Shown here piece after piece: positions 38,271 through 51,125 of a DNA stretch of 64,000 nt. Source of the DNA: Podarcis bocagei. Its lineage: Eukaryota. The stretch lies in NCBI GenBank assembly GCA_964188305.1, contig OZ076890.1. One strand, 5' to 3'. The position numbers and the translations under genes are program-made. The notes beneath the pieces were generated by a model. That model worked only from the letters and a program-made list of their open reading frames with translations. It did no database searches and was not told where the DNA came from. The stretch's first letter is position 1. Every line of letters begins with the position of its first letter.

Positions 38271-38470
38271 ACAGAAAAACTTTCTGGCAATAAGAGCTGT
38301 TTAACAGTGGAACAGTCTCCCTCAGGAGGTGGTGGACTCTCCTTCCTTGGGAGTTTTAAAGCAGATGTTGGGCAGCCATCCGTTATGGATACTTTAGCTG
38401 AGGTTCCTGCATAGCAGGGGGGTTAGACTAGATGACCCTTGGTCCTCTTCCAGCTCTAAGATTCTATGAT
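38271..38470 (+). mobile_element. CR1 LINE 3' end
   Basis: RKNFL..RAV.QWN.LP coding remnant; GACTAGATGACC...ATTCTATGAT tail. Confidence 0.9.
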
Positions 38471-38834
38471 CCCCCAAAAAGAGAGGGGCACACTGATTTG
38501 CATACAAATTGCATATGTTAATTTATATTTATAGATGCAAATTTTAAAATCACTGTAATTCTGATAACAATAATTTTAATTTTAATAGAAACACACAAAA
38601 ATCTCACCACAGTGGGGTAAATTGTGACCACTTGACCTGTAAGCAAGTGTTAAGCAAGTGATGTATGTTGGGGCAATATATATATATATATATTACATGG
38701 ACGCTTATAGGATCTGAACTGGTGGTGAGTGACCAGACTGTGGTATCTGTGAATAAAGGTGAATTCTACACTGGGACCTATTAGGAAATAAAATGGAAAT
38801 AAAACTCCTTTATACAAATCTATGGAATGACTGC

Positions 38835-39220
38835 ACTAGGAATACTGTGTACAATTCTGGTCACCTCACTTAAAATAGGAGATTCTAGAGCCAGAAAATG
38901 TTCAGAAAAGGGCAACCAAAATATTAAAAGGGATGAAGTGACTCCCCTACAAGTAAAGGATGTAAGATTTGGGGCTTTCTTGTTTAAAGAAAGGTGGCTA
39001 TTGGGGAGGGGAGTGAGAGAGATGTGTAGAATTATGCATGTTGTGGAGAAAATGGATTAAAAAAATTCTCCCTCTCACATAATATTGGGAACATCCAGTG
39101 AAGCTGAATGTCAGAAGATTCGGGATGGACAAAATTCTTCACACAGTGCCTAGTGACAATAGTGGAATAAGAACTAGTGATAGTCACAAATTCGGATGGC
39201 TTTAAAGGAGGCTTAGACCA
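38835..39220 (+). mobile_element. Old CR1 LINE ORF2 fragment
   Basis: GAATACTGTGTACAATTCTGGTCACC (EYCVQFWSP); CAGAAAAGGGCAACCAAAAT; TTCTTCACACAG. Confidence 0.8.
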
Positions 39221-40643
39221 AAGCTGTGGTTCCAAGTGGCTCTCCAAGCTAGATCTTAGCCTCAGACTCTGAGCATACCAAAACAAGCTCCAGAATCCCT
39301 GATGTGACACGAAGTAAACATTTCTTGCTGTGTATATTTGAGCGAAGCCGCAAATATCTAGAAACAGAGAGGAGGGACTGTATGTTCAAAGAAAACGCCT
39401 GGTGCAGAACAAGTTTCAAATCATGGTTAGGTGGGAGGGGGGATGTTGCCTTGAGACATGACTGATGTTACACCTTATATGATGCCTATATTTTAACTGT
39501 TGACAATATAAAGGGGACTCAGCGGCATTACCTTATCCTGCTTAATGAATGTTATCGTGAGGAAAAGGTAAATCAGTAACAGCTAAGATCAAACGTACCT
39601 CTCTTCTTTTGAACACACAATGCCCTCATTTATATAAATTTTCACATTCTGCCAGCCTTCCTCATTTGGACACAACAAATGAACCCACAAAAGGCCAGCA
39701 CAAAAGGCCTTCGCATCTCCAAATGCCAAAGGACAGCTTGAAATAGTGTCCCGAGTGGATTGTTGGGCTGACAAGCCACTGGACTCCCCATTAGCTAGGA
39801 CCGTCCTTCCAGCTGCGACGTAAACTGTTGGTGTTGGCAGAAGCAGCAAAGGTCATCACACCTTCTCTTGTCTAGACTAAAGGAGAAAACAATTCTTGTA
39901 ATATATTATTTGTTGTTCCTTGCCAGTTTATTCCTATAGAGACATATCGGGATTTTTGCTTTTTATTTGAGAAGATCAAGTACTTTATTATGGAAACTGG
40001 CTTCCATGCGCACATTCTGACTGGCATCTGATTTTTCACTTTCTGCATTGCTGAAGAATGTCACGAGGCCTCCAGAGACAGGCTGGGTTTTGATGAAATG
40101 CTCTTTTCTAAGCGAGGCTGCTTTGTAAAAGCAAATGAACCCCACACTTTGTATAGAACAGTTCCTTCCCTTCCCAAACCATTTATTTTCTTCTTTTGGA
40201 GAACTCTCCACTTAAGCAGAAGGACAATTTACTTGTTCATATTTATTTATAACCCTCTTCAGGCATTCTGGAACAGTGTACAGTAAACATGCGGGGTGGG
40301 GGTGCGGGCAAGTAGTGCTATTTTTCTAGAAAACGAGGTGCTGCAACTCACCATGAACACCTCCCTTGTGCTCTTACAATGGCAATGGTGCCCACCTGAG
40401 AGGTGCCGGAACTGAGTATGATAGCTCTGGCCTCCTCTTTGTTTCTTTCATCCCCCCACCCCTGGGGGTTGGAGGGTGTCTGTGTGAAATAAGGAGCCTT
40501 CTAGAACCATGGAGGCTCCCAGCACACTTTAGAACTCTGATGTTTCAAGTCAAAGAGGGCACAAGGTGGCCAAAGGAAGCAGACTCATTCCTACTACCAC
40601 ATCCCCTTTGAGTGCTTACTGTACGAATTTCAAAAATGTTTGA

Positions 40644-40892
40644 AGAGAGCCAGTGTGGTGTAGTGGCTAAGAGTGGTGGACTTGTAATCTGGTGAACCAG
40701 GTTCGCTTCCCCGCTCCTCCACATGCAGCTGCTGGTGACCTTGGGCCAGTCACACTTCTCTGACGTCTCTCAGCCCCACTCACCTCACAGAGTGTTTGTT
40801 GTGGGGGAGGAAGGGTAAAGGAGATTGTTAGCCACTTTGAGACTCCTTAGGGTAGTGATAAACTGGGATATCAAATCCAAAGTCTTCTTCTC
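40644..40892 (+). mobile_element. Squam3-type SINE
   Basis: Near-identical to the 10175 and 36176 copies. Confidence 0.92.
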
Positions 40893-41214
40893 TTCTATAT
40901 TTAATCAAACATTTGTATTCTGTCCTCCTAGTGCAGAACTAGTACTGTTACAGGTGCCACATAAAATTTATTCTGCATTTGTAAGAAACCAGGGGTGCCA
41001 TCGCCTGGGGCTGAGTCCTTCTGCCCCCCCCCAAATATTTGGCACAGATGTGAAGCAAGGAGCCGAGCACAGTGTGGCTCTAGCGGCCGGCTCCTTCTGC
41101 TGATGCTGCCATGGAGGGAAAGGAGGGTCAGAGCAGCGTCCCACCAGTGGTGGCAGCAGGAGGAGGTGAGGTCCTGACGTAACATGCGCAATATTGCCCC
41201 CCCCATCACCCTCC

Positions 41215-41800
41215 ATAAGAAATCAATGTTTTCGTGCGGCAGCACCCACACTTCGAAACTCTGTGCTTATTGGCATCAGGCAGGCACCTTCGCTGTACAG
41301 TGGTACCTCGGGTTACAGACGCTTCAGGTTACAGACGCTTCAGGTTACAGACTCCGCTAACCCAGAAATAGTACCTCAGGTTAAGAACTTTGCTTAAGGA
41401 TGAGAACAAAAATCACGCCGCCACCGCCACATCATGGTAGCAGCAGAGGAGGCCCCATTAGCTAAAGTGGTACCTCAGGTTAAGAACAGTTTCAGGTTAA
41501 GAACGGACCTCCAGAACGAATTAAGTTCTCAACCCAAGGTACCACTGTACTCTTCTTCTGAGCACCTGCAAAAAACTTTTGCCTTTCCAAACATTTAGAA
41601 TGTTGCCATGTGTTTTAATCTGGTTTTTAGCTTATCACTGATTTTAATTATTTTAAATGTTTTAAATAGCTGATTTTAACTGATTTTTTTCTGATAAATT
41701 CATTATTTTATGATTTTTGTAAACCACTCTGAGGGTTTGGTTTGGTTTTTTGTTTTGTTTTTTACCATTAAGCAGTATATAAATTTTGTGAATTAAAAAA
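41215..41800 (+). mobile_element. Degraded L2 3' end interrupted by a family B MITE
   Basis: GCGGCAGCACCCACACTTCGAAACTC...CAGGCACCTTC; TTGTAAACCACTCTGAG...AAGCAGTATATAAAT tail. Confidence 0.6.
41298..41547 (-). mobile_element. Tigger/pogo-like MITE, family B
   Basis: TA TSD; CAGTGGTACCT TIRs; reverse orientation. Confidence 0.93.
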
Positions 41801-43065
41801 ATAGAGCTTATGCAACATTCAGGACAGTCAATGATTAAAACCAACTATAAAAGACAATAAAAATTCTCAAAATCTAAGAAAAACAGAGGAGAGGTTTTAT
41901 TCAATTCTGAAAATGGAGAAAACAGAGGAGGACCTTGTAAATGCAGGTGGTCCCTCTTACTTGCTGTTCCAATTTATCTGAAGGACCTCAATGTGTATGA
42001 ATAATCTGCAGTGTGAGAAAGTGTTCGCTCTTTGTCGTACCCTCAGCCACAATCCATAATTAATAATGGTAGAATTACATCGCTGCAGCTGTTGATGTGG
42101 TAGAAAATCTAAATCTGGGCCTGTTGAAGGAGTTGGCAGCAGGGGCATTGTTTTACAGAGATCCTTCTTTTGCTACCTATCCAGACAATTTTGGGGAACA
42201 GCATTGGACGGTGTTGTTATTTAAAACGTTTTTACACTGCCTTTCAGAGCAAAAGGGCTTCTCAAGGCAGTTTAGAAGTAAAAGCAAAAATGTAAGAAAA
42301 AATATACAATATATAATTGGGCAGAACAGTAGTGTAAAATGTAATGGGGGGAATTAGAGCACTGTGAGCTGTTGCCTGCTTCTCACGTGGGGTTGGCAGG
42401 GCATTGTGAACTGTTGCATGAAAGGGACAACAGGCATGTGCCCTGCCAGCCCCACGCCACTTTTGCGAGTCTTGAAAAATGGTTCTGGGCTCGCAGGGCA
42501 CCGTGAGTTGGCCGGCAGGGCTTCCCATTGCACAGCTGGGCAGGCGCCACACACGGCCCCACTTGGCTCCAGTGGACGGGGTTCGCTCTGGCAGCTTGCC
42601 CCGCCCTCACAGTGCACCCCACCCCACGGTCCCAGTGTGCCCACCCTGGGCACCGGCAAGAAACTTCCCTCCACTGCATTAGATCTGTGTGCACCCCAAA
42701 TGACAAGATGAAATGGAATGATTTGGGGAAGGTGCTCACACTTCTGAGTTGGATAGTCCAAGGCATCACTAGGCAGATCAGGGACTCACTCAGCTTCCGA
42801 GAGGCTCTATGGTCTCAGCTGTCAAAAAAAACCCCACCCCATGGCTGTTCATCCTGACCCTCTCCCCCTGTGCACTGTGAGAACGTTTATATAATTTAGC
42901 AGAGTTTAAATGATCCCGTTTGAGTTTATGAAGCGACAAGCGGGTTGCTTACTTGTTTGAGTCCTGTCAATAATGATACCTTCCTGGCTGATAATCCCTT
43001 TCTGTCCCTCTTAAAGAAAACACACATGAATCTGAATCATATTAACATAAACTACTTTACTATCA

Positions 43066-43426
43066 GGGACGCGGGTGGCACTGTGGTCTAAACCACAGAG
43101 CCTAGGGCTTGCCGATCAGAAGGTTGGTGGTTCAAATCCCCGCGACGGGGTGAGCTCCCGTTCCTCAGTCCCTGCTCCTGCCAACCTAGCAGTTCGAAAG
43201 CACATCAAAGTGCAAGTAGATAAATAGGTACCGCTCCGGCGGGAAGGTAAACGGTGTTTTTGTGCACTGCTCTGGTTCGCCAGAAGCAGCTTAGTCATGC
43301 TGGCCACATGACTCGGAAGCTGTACGCCGGCTCCCTTGGCCAATAAAGCGAGATGAGCGCCGCAACCCCAGAGTCGTCCGCGACTGGACCTAATGGTCAG
43401 AGGTCCTTTACCTTTACCTTTACCTT
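43066..43426 (+). mobile_element. Sauria SINE, full length, young
   Basis: CpGs largely intact; (ACCTTT)n tail; TACTTTACTATCAG duplicated at 43053 and 43427. Confidence 0.97.
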
Positions 43427-45039
43427 TACTTTACTATCAGATTCATTCTGGTTTACAGAGTTGTTCCTGAAGGCAGGCTTAGATTACATAACAGGTAAAC
43501 TATATACTAGATCGTAGTGAGTCATGAGAAGACTGCATCCGAGCAGTTACCAGTTAACACTCCTTGCAGCAACCGACCAACTGACCAACTGACAAAACTG
43601 CCTGCCACATAGAGGCAGTTAGTCCTCTCAGAATGTTGGACTTGACTGACAGCTTTATATCCCACACGCAAGAGAAATTAAACCAAGCTAACTGTGGAAA
43701 TGTCCAGAGTTTGAGAGGAAAGCTGTGGAAAGAGGAGGGAACATTTCCTTTTCATGAGCAGGTCTAGCTTTCAATCACAGTGAAATATTTTCCCAGGGCA
43801 CTCCAATTACAATGATTTGAGGGAGGAATTAAAAACCATATTTGTTTTCCACATGGATTTGGGGTGTGTGTCATAGGTGCCTTAGTGACAGAACCACTAC
43901 AGCTATCATTCTGAAATTTGGTAGCCTTCGTCACTTTATGGACAAGGGATGTGGCCAAAGCTCAGTTGTGTAGGAACCGCCAAATCCATTGTATAAGAAA
44001 ACATTCCTTCTCCATCCCTTGCTCTCACTAGCTGTTCTTCAAGGTTTTCATCTTCAACTCCAGGAGAAACATTAGTCACCTCTGCAAACATAGGTGGGCT
44101 GGGATATAGAGTGTAGGCTCATTTGCTTTCAATCAGCAAGCACTATATTGGGAAGATTCATCATTGTTGACCAAGAGAGGAGATATTGAAGCCAAGAGGT
44201 CTCTTTTGTTTATTTAACCTAGAATCCTTCCTCAGAGAGAAGATGTTAGTATTTGGTCCATGCATTTGCCGAACCTTTTCTTCCTTTCTTTTCCAACTTA
44301 ATATGGCCTTTAATTACAGTAATGCATTATTATTATTGCTTTTTATTTATTTATTTATTTAGCCACATCTCCATACTTCATGTGCTTTACAAGGTCACTG
44401 TGAGTTAGAGCCGCAATAAGCAAACGGTGAGGCCGGACAGTTTGCAAAAAAAGAGAGAGAAAGTTCATTTGCAAAAGCCCTACCCATTCCTGGACATAAT
44501 GACATGTTTTGTTGCTGGGGTGAGGGGTGAGAGAAAAATACCGCAAGCCTGACTTTTTCACATATAATGGCAACATTGGGAGATAAATGCAACTGCCAGA
44601 GCAGCAGGAGAAGTACTGTACATGGAACAAACTTTTGTTTTGTTTTTCTTTTCCTCTTTTATATGAGATGCGTAGCAACGGTGGTATACAGGAGTTTTTC
44701 TTGCTCTAATGGTTTTTCGGTGCGGCAGGTTACATGAGGTGATCCAAATAATTCAGCAAGCTGCACACCATGGAGGAGGCAAGCCACAGATAGGCTCTCA
44801 CTTGCTTGCATGTGCTGGCAATTGGTGGTGCACTGCTTTTACCTCGGTGGTTTATCCTTTTCCCTTCAAGCTCATGCAACTTTCATGAATATTTGGGGTG
44901 CATGTTCAGTTACAAGGTGTGCTATTTACAGAACTTGTGGTCAAAATAAAGGGATGGGAATAGGTTGGCAGGTATCCCCGCCCCCAAGGCTCGCAATGCC
45001 AGGATTTCTGCTCCATCTTCTGGCACATCTTTGCTTCCT

Positions 45040-45757
45040 CCAAGAGCAGCAAAAACAGGATTTCTCCTGTTCTGGAGGGTAGGACCTCAACCAATGGCTT
45101 CAAGTTACAAGAAAGGAGATTCCGACTAAACATCAGAAAGAACGTTCTGAACAGAACTGTTTGACAGTGGAATGGACTCCCTTGGGAAGTTGTGGACTCG
45201 AGTTTGGATGGCCATCTTGTCAGGAGCTCATCCTACTCTTGAGTAGGACCCTGGCAGAGACACATGCCCGACTGATATGTTCCCTCCCTCCTGGTCAATC
45301 GTTCAGGAGCTTCAAAAGCTTTCTTCTGCCTGAACATCACAGCGACCGATGCCATCCGACACTGGCACACCTAGGGATCCGCAGAGTCTTTGCAGCTTGT
45401 GTAACAGACCTCAGCAACTCAGCATTTTAGCTAATCTACTTTATTTACATATAAACACACAAGGAGCACTGCAACATGGCTCCCTCTCTCTCTATCACCA
45501 GACAGCAAAGAGAATGAACAAAGGACAATAGTCCCATTTCACAGAACACAGTAACACAAACATCCTGTCTCCGTCACTTCCCACTTTGTGGAATCAAAAC
45601 ATACACTGTCATGTGAAAGACAACAATCCCATGACTGTAATCACGGAGCAGGAATGCTAACACATCTGTCATGGATGCTTTAGTGGAGATTCCTTCATTG
45701 CAGGGGGTTGGACTAGATGAGCCCTTGGGGCCCCTTCCAACTCTCCAATTCTATGAT
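45040..45757 (+). mobile_element. CR1 LINE 3' end split by a solo LTR
   Basis: CAATGGCTTCAAGTTACAAGAAAGGAGATTCCGACTAAACATCAG (NGFKLQERRFRLNIR); resumes at 45663 and ends ATTCTATGATT. Confidence 0.88.
45218..45662 (-). mobile_element. Solo LTR (445 bp)
   Basis: TGTCAG...CTAACA termini; perfect TSD CATCT (45213-45217, 45663-45667); AATAAA on the minus strand. Confidence 0.9.
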
Positions 45758-45765
45758 TTTTTACT

Positions 45766-45979
45766 TGTTGTTTGTTGTTGTTTAGTCGTTTAGTTGTGTC
45801 TGACTCTTCGTGACCCCATGGACCAGAGCACACCAGGCACTCCTGTCTTCCACTGCCTCCCGCAGCTTGGTCAGACTCATGTTTGTGGCTTCAAGAACAC
45901 TGTCCAACCATCTCGTCCTCTGTCGTCCCCTTCTCCTTGTGCCCTCCATCTTTCCCAACATCAGGGTCTTTTCCAGGGA
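45766..45979 (-). mobile_element. Bov-B LINE 3' fragment
   Basis: SLEKTLMLGKMEGTRRRGRQRTRWLD; 13-bp TSD ATGATTTTTTACT. Confidence 0.96.
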
Positions 45980-47356
45980 ATGATTTTTTACTAGCACACT
46001 GCTATGAAACGTCATATGATTAGCAGTTTCCAAATGACGAAATAAAGCAATAATATTCAGTATCAGCATGCTAAGCTCAAGGCTTTTACACCATGTATTG
46101 GCCTAAAACTCTTTTCTATAGCGAGCAAAACTTAATTCTGCAATATATAAAACCCAAGCAACATGATTACAGGACCACATAACGTCTGTCATACCACTCA
46201 CCTCTTCATCTTCAGTTATGCCTGTCGTCACCTGCCGACAACGTCCTTTTGCAGTTCTTACCTGGAACAAATACATTGATGTCAGTATAGAAGAATGAAT
46301 GGCTGTATATCTAACACAAAGGAGCAGCTCACCAGGTGGAGCAGAGATGCTACACTAGCTTCTTGGTAGGGAAGTCATTGTTGCTTACCAGGAAGGGGGG
46401 GGGGCTAGGTGGCAAGGAGGCTGGTACATTGCAAATGCCCTGGAAGGGAGTGCCAGATTGCCTGTGGCAATGCGTTTGCACTGCACTGACCTCCTTATCC
46501 CTCCCTTTCCTAGTAAACAACAGTGGGCCTCCTGCTGGGAAGCTAGCATACCAGCTCCAGCTCTCTACTTCTGTTCAGTAGCAGAACACTGAAATCTCCC
46601 AGGGCATTCTGATGCTCAACTGGAAATCAACATTCTTTGGGTGGCTGGGTGGGAATTCAAAGGGAGACTGTAGCACTGAATTAAGATTTATGACACTAGG
46701 CCCTATCAGTAAATTTGATTTCCCAGCATTTGTTTTACTTTATTTAAAATCATTTATATACCACTTAATATTCCCAAAAAAATCTCTTGGTGGTGTACAA
46801 TATGTAAATACGATTAAAACGTTAAGGCAAAATCGACAGCATAACCTTAAATCAATAAAACGGGTATATAAAAACACATGAAAGCATACTAGAGCGAATA
46901 AAACAGAAATTCAGAAGATTCAAATATGTAAAATGAGGTCCGATCTCTTACAGGTCAGGGGAAACCTCAGCAAAAAGATATTTCTTTACACCTGAAGCAG
47001 CTGTAGGCTGTTGCTTCCCACATGGTGTACAGGGAGGCATTCCACAAGGGCAGCAGCAGAAAAGGCCTGTTTTCGTGTTACTGCTCTGTGGTATTCTGTA
47101 TGGTGTAGGGTCATATGGAGAATTTCCCCAGATGATCTAAGTGATCTTTCAGGAACTCAGGACTCAATTAAAATCAAGGTTTTCCTGTCCATTGCAAGTG
47201 TTAAATTAATCTAGGAAGATAGCAGCAATTACTGCAGTTGTGAATGGCCACTGTGCTTATCTTGTACAATTTTGCGTAAAGATACCTCTTGCGTTTCATG
47301 ACTTTTTGGCCCCACTGTTTATATTTTTTATTAATACTGCAGTGTGTAGCTGTAGA

Positions 47357-47357
47357 T

Positions 47358-47432
<75 letters not shown>
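47357..47432. repeat. (GATA)n microsatellite
   Basis: Seen directly in the sequence. Confidence 0.98.
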
Positions 47433-47433
<1 letters not shown>

Positions 47434-47499
47434 GCAGGCCGGCCAGTGATATTAACACTTCATGCATCTGATGAAGCCAAAACACCTTTAGTCTTTAAG

Positions 47500-47830
47500 A
47501 ATCTGCAAGACAATTAAAATCAGCAAAGTTTACAGCTAAAACAAGAGAACTTAATGATGACTGCTTTATGGAATGAGGGAAGACTTTTTTGAACTATATA
47601 AAGAAATATTATAGTATGATGAATTCGTGAGCAGGATTTGAACTGTGAGCCACAGAAGGATTTAGAAATTATTGTATTGTTGTTATGATATAAGAGAGGG
47701 AAGATAGGGTGCAGCAAGGGGGATAAATAAATAAAAGCACCATGGAAAATGGGATGGGAAGTCGACAAAAGAAAAATCTATTATGTATTGGAATGCTTGT
47801 TTGAATTTTTTGGAAATTTAATAGAATATA
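47500..47830 (+). mobile_element. Degraded L1-like 3' end
   Basis: A-rich; TTTATGGAATG..GGAAGACTTTTTTGAACTATATA resembles a squamate L1 ORF2 end followed by UTR. Confidence 0.45.
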
Positions 47831-47889
47831 ACTTTTTTTAAAAAGAGAGAGAGAAAGAATCTGCAATGCTTTTTGGAGGGGTTGTTATG

Positions 47890-48500
47890 TGCTGTTGCTT
47901 ATCTAATTAGTAATCTCCCCCAAATTAACCAATTTGTTGATATTTATTTAATAAAGCTATTTGGAAGCAAATTTAAGGCAGGATAATCTGCTGGCAGCGG
48001 GTGGGGGAATCACCAAAGGCATTTCATCTCTTTGATTACAGTTTGCCATGCTGTTGTCAGATGAACCGAAAATTGTATTTCATTTAAAGGGGAAGAAAGG
48101 ACGAGTTTGGTAATGTGATCTTGTACTTAACCTCGCCCACAGTGGTGAGAACAGTCAGGTAAAAGCCATTACAGAAAGAATTTCAGAGCTTCCTTCTCTA
48201 GAGCTTTCAGCAACAATGCAACCCATTGTTTACATTTTAATTAACTTCTGTGTCACTGATTTATAAGGAAGATGGATTAGCCTTATGCTTTCAGCTGAAT
48301 TATTGCAATTTGAACCTATTTGTACCTTCAGTTAAACTCTTCAAAGCCCGGGGAAGATTGTTTATGTACAGGAAATCGAATTAGTAATGCTGTTACTGTG
48401 ATTTAATAGTGTTTTTGTGGCTCCCTCAATGAAGAACAGTAATTGGAGAACGTCTGCATTCACATCCCTGGGCTTTTTCTTTACCTTTGCGAGAGATACA
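47890..48500. promoter_or_regulatory. Candidate conserved non-coding enhancer
   Basis: Repeat-free and TAAT-rich; SOXE dimer ACAATG-N5-CATTGT (48213-48229) overlapping FOX site TGTTTAC; TGTCA plus TGATTTAT (48251-48264). Confidence 0.5.
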
Positions 48501-48919
48501 GCAAGTGTGTTTGTTGGCTTTTCCAACTAATATGGGGAAATAAATAGGCACTGTGATTTTTAGAACGCTGGAAGCCTACAAGTTCAGACCAGGGGCAAGA
48601 AGGGGAGTGTTGAATAAACACCCACAACCTGTTGAACACCAAAGAAAGAACACAACCGAAGTTTATGTGGCACAGGGATTGCCAATGTAGTGCTAAGGTT
48701 TTGGACTACGGTCCCCATTAGCTTCAACCAGCACGGCCAAAGGGCAGGGATGATGGGAGCTCTGGCCCAAAATTTCGGAGGTCATCATGTTGGCTAGTCC
48801 AGGTGTAGCTGAATACACCAGGAACCACCAGATAGTAAAGAAATGGTTGATCATGGATTCTACCTTATGGGGGGCAGTCTGCTCTTCGAAGGACTCCTCG
48901 CCAATCCAGTTTCAGTTTA

Positions 48920-49025
48920 AAAGTTTAGGGAAGCTTTTAATGTTTAATAGGTTATTGTATTTTAGTGTTTTGTTGGAAGCCACCCAGAGTGGCTAGGGAA
49001 ACCCAGCCAGATGGGTGGGGTATAA

Positions 49026-49074
<49 letters not shown>
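48920..49074 (+). mobile_element. L2 3' tail with expanded (ATT)n
   Basis: GGAAGCCACCCAGAGTGGCT...CCCAGCCAGATGGGTGGGGTATAAA; same terminus as the 37122 copy. Confidence 0.88.
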
Positions 49075-49076
<2 letters not shown>

Positions 49077-49289
49077 AAAAAATCCTTCCTGTAGCACCTT
49101 AAAGACCAACTAAGTTAGTTCTTGGTATAAGCTTTCGTGTGCATGCACACTTCTTCAGAAGTGTGTATCTGAAGAAGTGTGCATGCACACGAAAGCTTAT
49201 ACCAAGAACTAACTTAGTTGGTCTTTAAGGTGCTACAGGAAGGAATTTTTTTTATTTTGACTATGGCAGACCAACACGGCTACCTATCT

Positions 49290-49291
<2 letters not shown>
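49075..49291 (+). mobile_element. Penelope-like retroelement terminal (pLTR) remnant in inverted arrangement
   Basis: Perfect 77-bp arms 49083-49159 and 49168-49244; GGTCTTTAAGGTGCTAC and CAGACCAACACGGCTACC are typical squamate Penelope ends. Confidence 0.85.
49165..49202 (+). ncRNA. Minimal type I hammerhead ribozyme motif (Penelope-associated), U at the cleavage site
   Basis: GTAT CTGAAGA A GTGTGCATGCACAC GAAA GCT T ATAC. Confidence 0.7.

Positions 49292-49333
<42 letters not shown>
49292..49333. repeat. (GAT)n microsatellite
   Basis: Seen directly in the sequence. Confidence 0.97.
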
Positions 49334-50652
49334 AAAGACCTGTAAGAAGGAGGAGGAGGGATCATGATGTTTTCCATCAAGGTTTAGCACCTGGGCAGCA
49401 GGCTGACCAGCCACATCAGTCACTTGGGCACAGAGTGGTATTCAACTTAATAATTGTGCAAGGGGACTCTACCCCCCTCCTCACCCCCATACCCTCCCTA
49501 AATGTGTTCTGGACAATCCCACAACCCTCCAGAGCAGATCTGGGGATGGCACAGAACACAAAATGGGGGCAGAAGAGAGACTGGCATTGGGACCTAAAGG
49601 AACCTGATTGCTGCCCCAGCTCCATTGTCCTGTGACCAGGCTGTGGATTCAGCAGTGGCTCAGCTGCTCTTACCGAGCCTAGATGGTGGGGATTTGGATG
49701 GGACTGGAAAAAAATGGCAGCCTATATTTATATGTCTGAAATAGGAACCAAATATAAACACTTTAAATTCTCTTTTGCTTTAAGCAGAGAGATGCCCTCT
49801 CCTCGGCTTGCCCACTTCTCCCTATGAAGTCACGCAGAATCTTAAAAGTAGCTTAACTTTGAACTATTCTTTTCCTTCTTAAACCAGAGGGCATGATTTG
49901 GACACAGCCCAGCACAATTAATCCCTAGAGATTTCTGTGGCAAACTCGAAACCCGTATGAGAAATAAGCGGGAGAAATGTGAAAACTGATGGAGAAAACA
50001 GAAAGAGAAAGAAAATATTTGGCGAGAAGAATGAGGTCCTGTGAGAAAATGTAGATAATGTGTTTCTGGATCATTTAAGGTTTCAGAAAACACAAGGGAA
50101 CAAAAGATTACTGTAATGCAATTCAGCGCCAGGCCTATTATTTAGTGGAGGCAAATTGTTCTCTCATTTTCTGCACTAAGCTTTAAACCTAGTGCTAGTG
50201 AAAAATTGCAGAATGGCTAGATTTCCCAGAAGAGAAAGCCAAAAGGCCAAAGTCCCTGGGGAGAAACAGTAGACTTGGCAAGCCTCAACATACTACAGTA
50301 GTTTCTTCAGCATATAAGAGGTGTCAAACTCAAACTTACACAATAAGACCCTAAAGTTTTCCTAAATGGATGTCTGGTAAAATGTGTAAATCCACTCTCT
50401 CTCCACACAGCATTGCAAAAATAGCTGACTGCACTCAAACATTGCTAAACTGATTCAAGGCTACTCGCATTTGCAGTGGACCAACACATTTCGACGGCTT
50501 TTATTGGGGTTTCTATTAACTTATTACAGCAAAGCATCAGCATCACATTCTGAATGCTTGCTACAGGTCTTCGACTCTGAAGGATGGCACTGGCTGAAAA
50601 ATAACCACACGGGCTGCCCTTCCACACAGGAGGTGATTTGTGCGAACCTGTT

Positions 50653-51125
50653 TGTGGCAATCACACAGGGTCCCCAAACGTTTGACGGTCTATTGATCCC
50701 TGTGCTTGCACTGTGATTGCTTCCTCGCTGCCACCAACCCATTTCTCTCGGGTACACACGGAGTCCAGACAGTTTTTAACATTAAACCAAATAAACAAGT
50801 TTATTTTATAAGCATTAACCAGTTTATGGTTTCAGATAATTTTTCTTGTCAGTTTCTTAATCTTAGTTACTTTACCAGCCTATACCTTCCTAATAACTCC
50901 TAACTGATTATCCCAACTGTCTATCTGACTCCTCTCTCTCACACACATCAAACTATCTCAACCCACAGACTTATACTCCCTCTCTCTTCTCTAACACCTG
51001 ACTGACTCCTTAACAACACTAACTCTAACTCCTCCCCTTGGGTTCCCACTAGCCAATCACTTCACACTCATTTAACCCTTTCCTTATGACCCAGCATGAT
51101 GTCACCTAGGAGGGCAAATGCCACA
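50653..51125 (-). mobile_element. Solo LTR (473 bp)
   Basis: TGTGGCA...TGCCACA termini; perfect TSD CTGTT (50648-50652, 51126-51130). Confidence 0.92.

Noticed and set aside
42262-42857. Stack of ORFs in several frames
   Set aside because: GC-rich stretch, probably a degraded repeat; no recognisable protein or splice structure.
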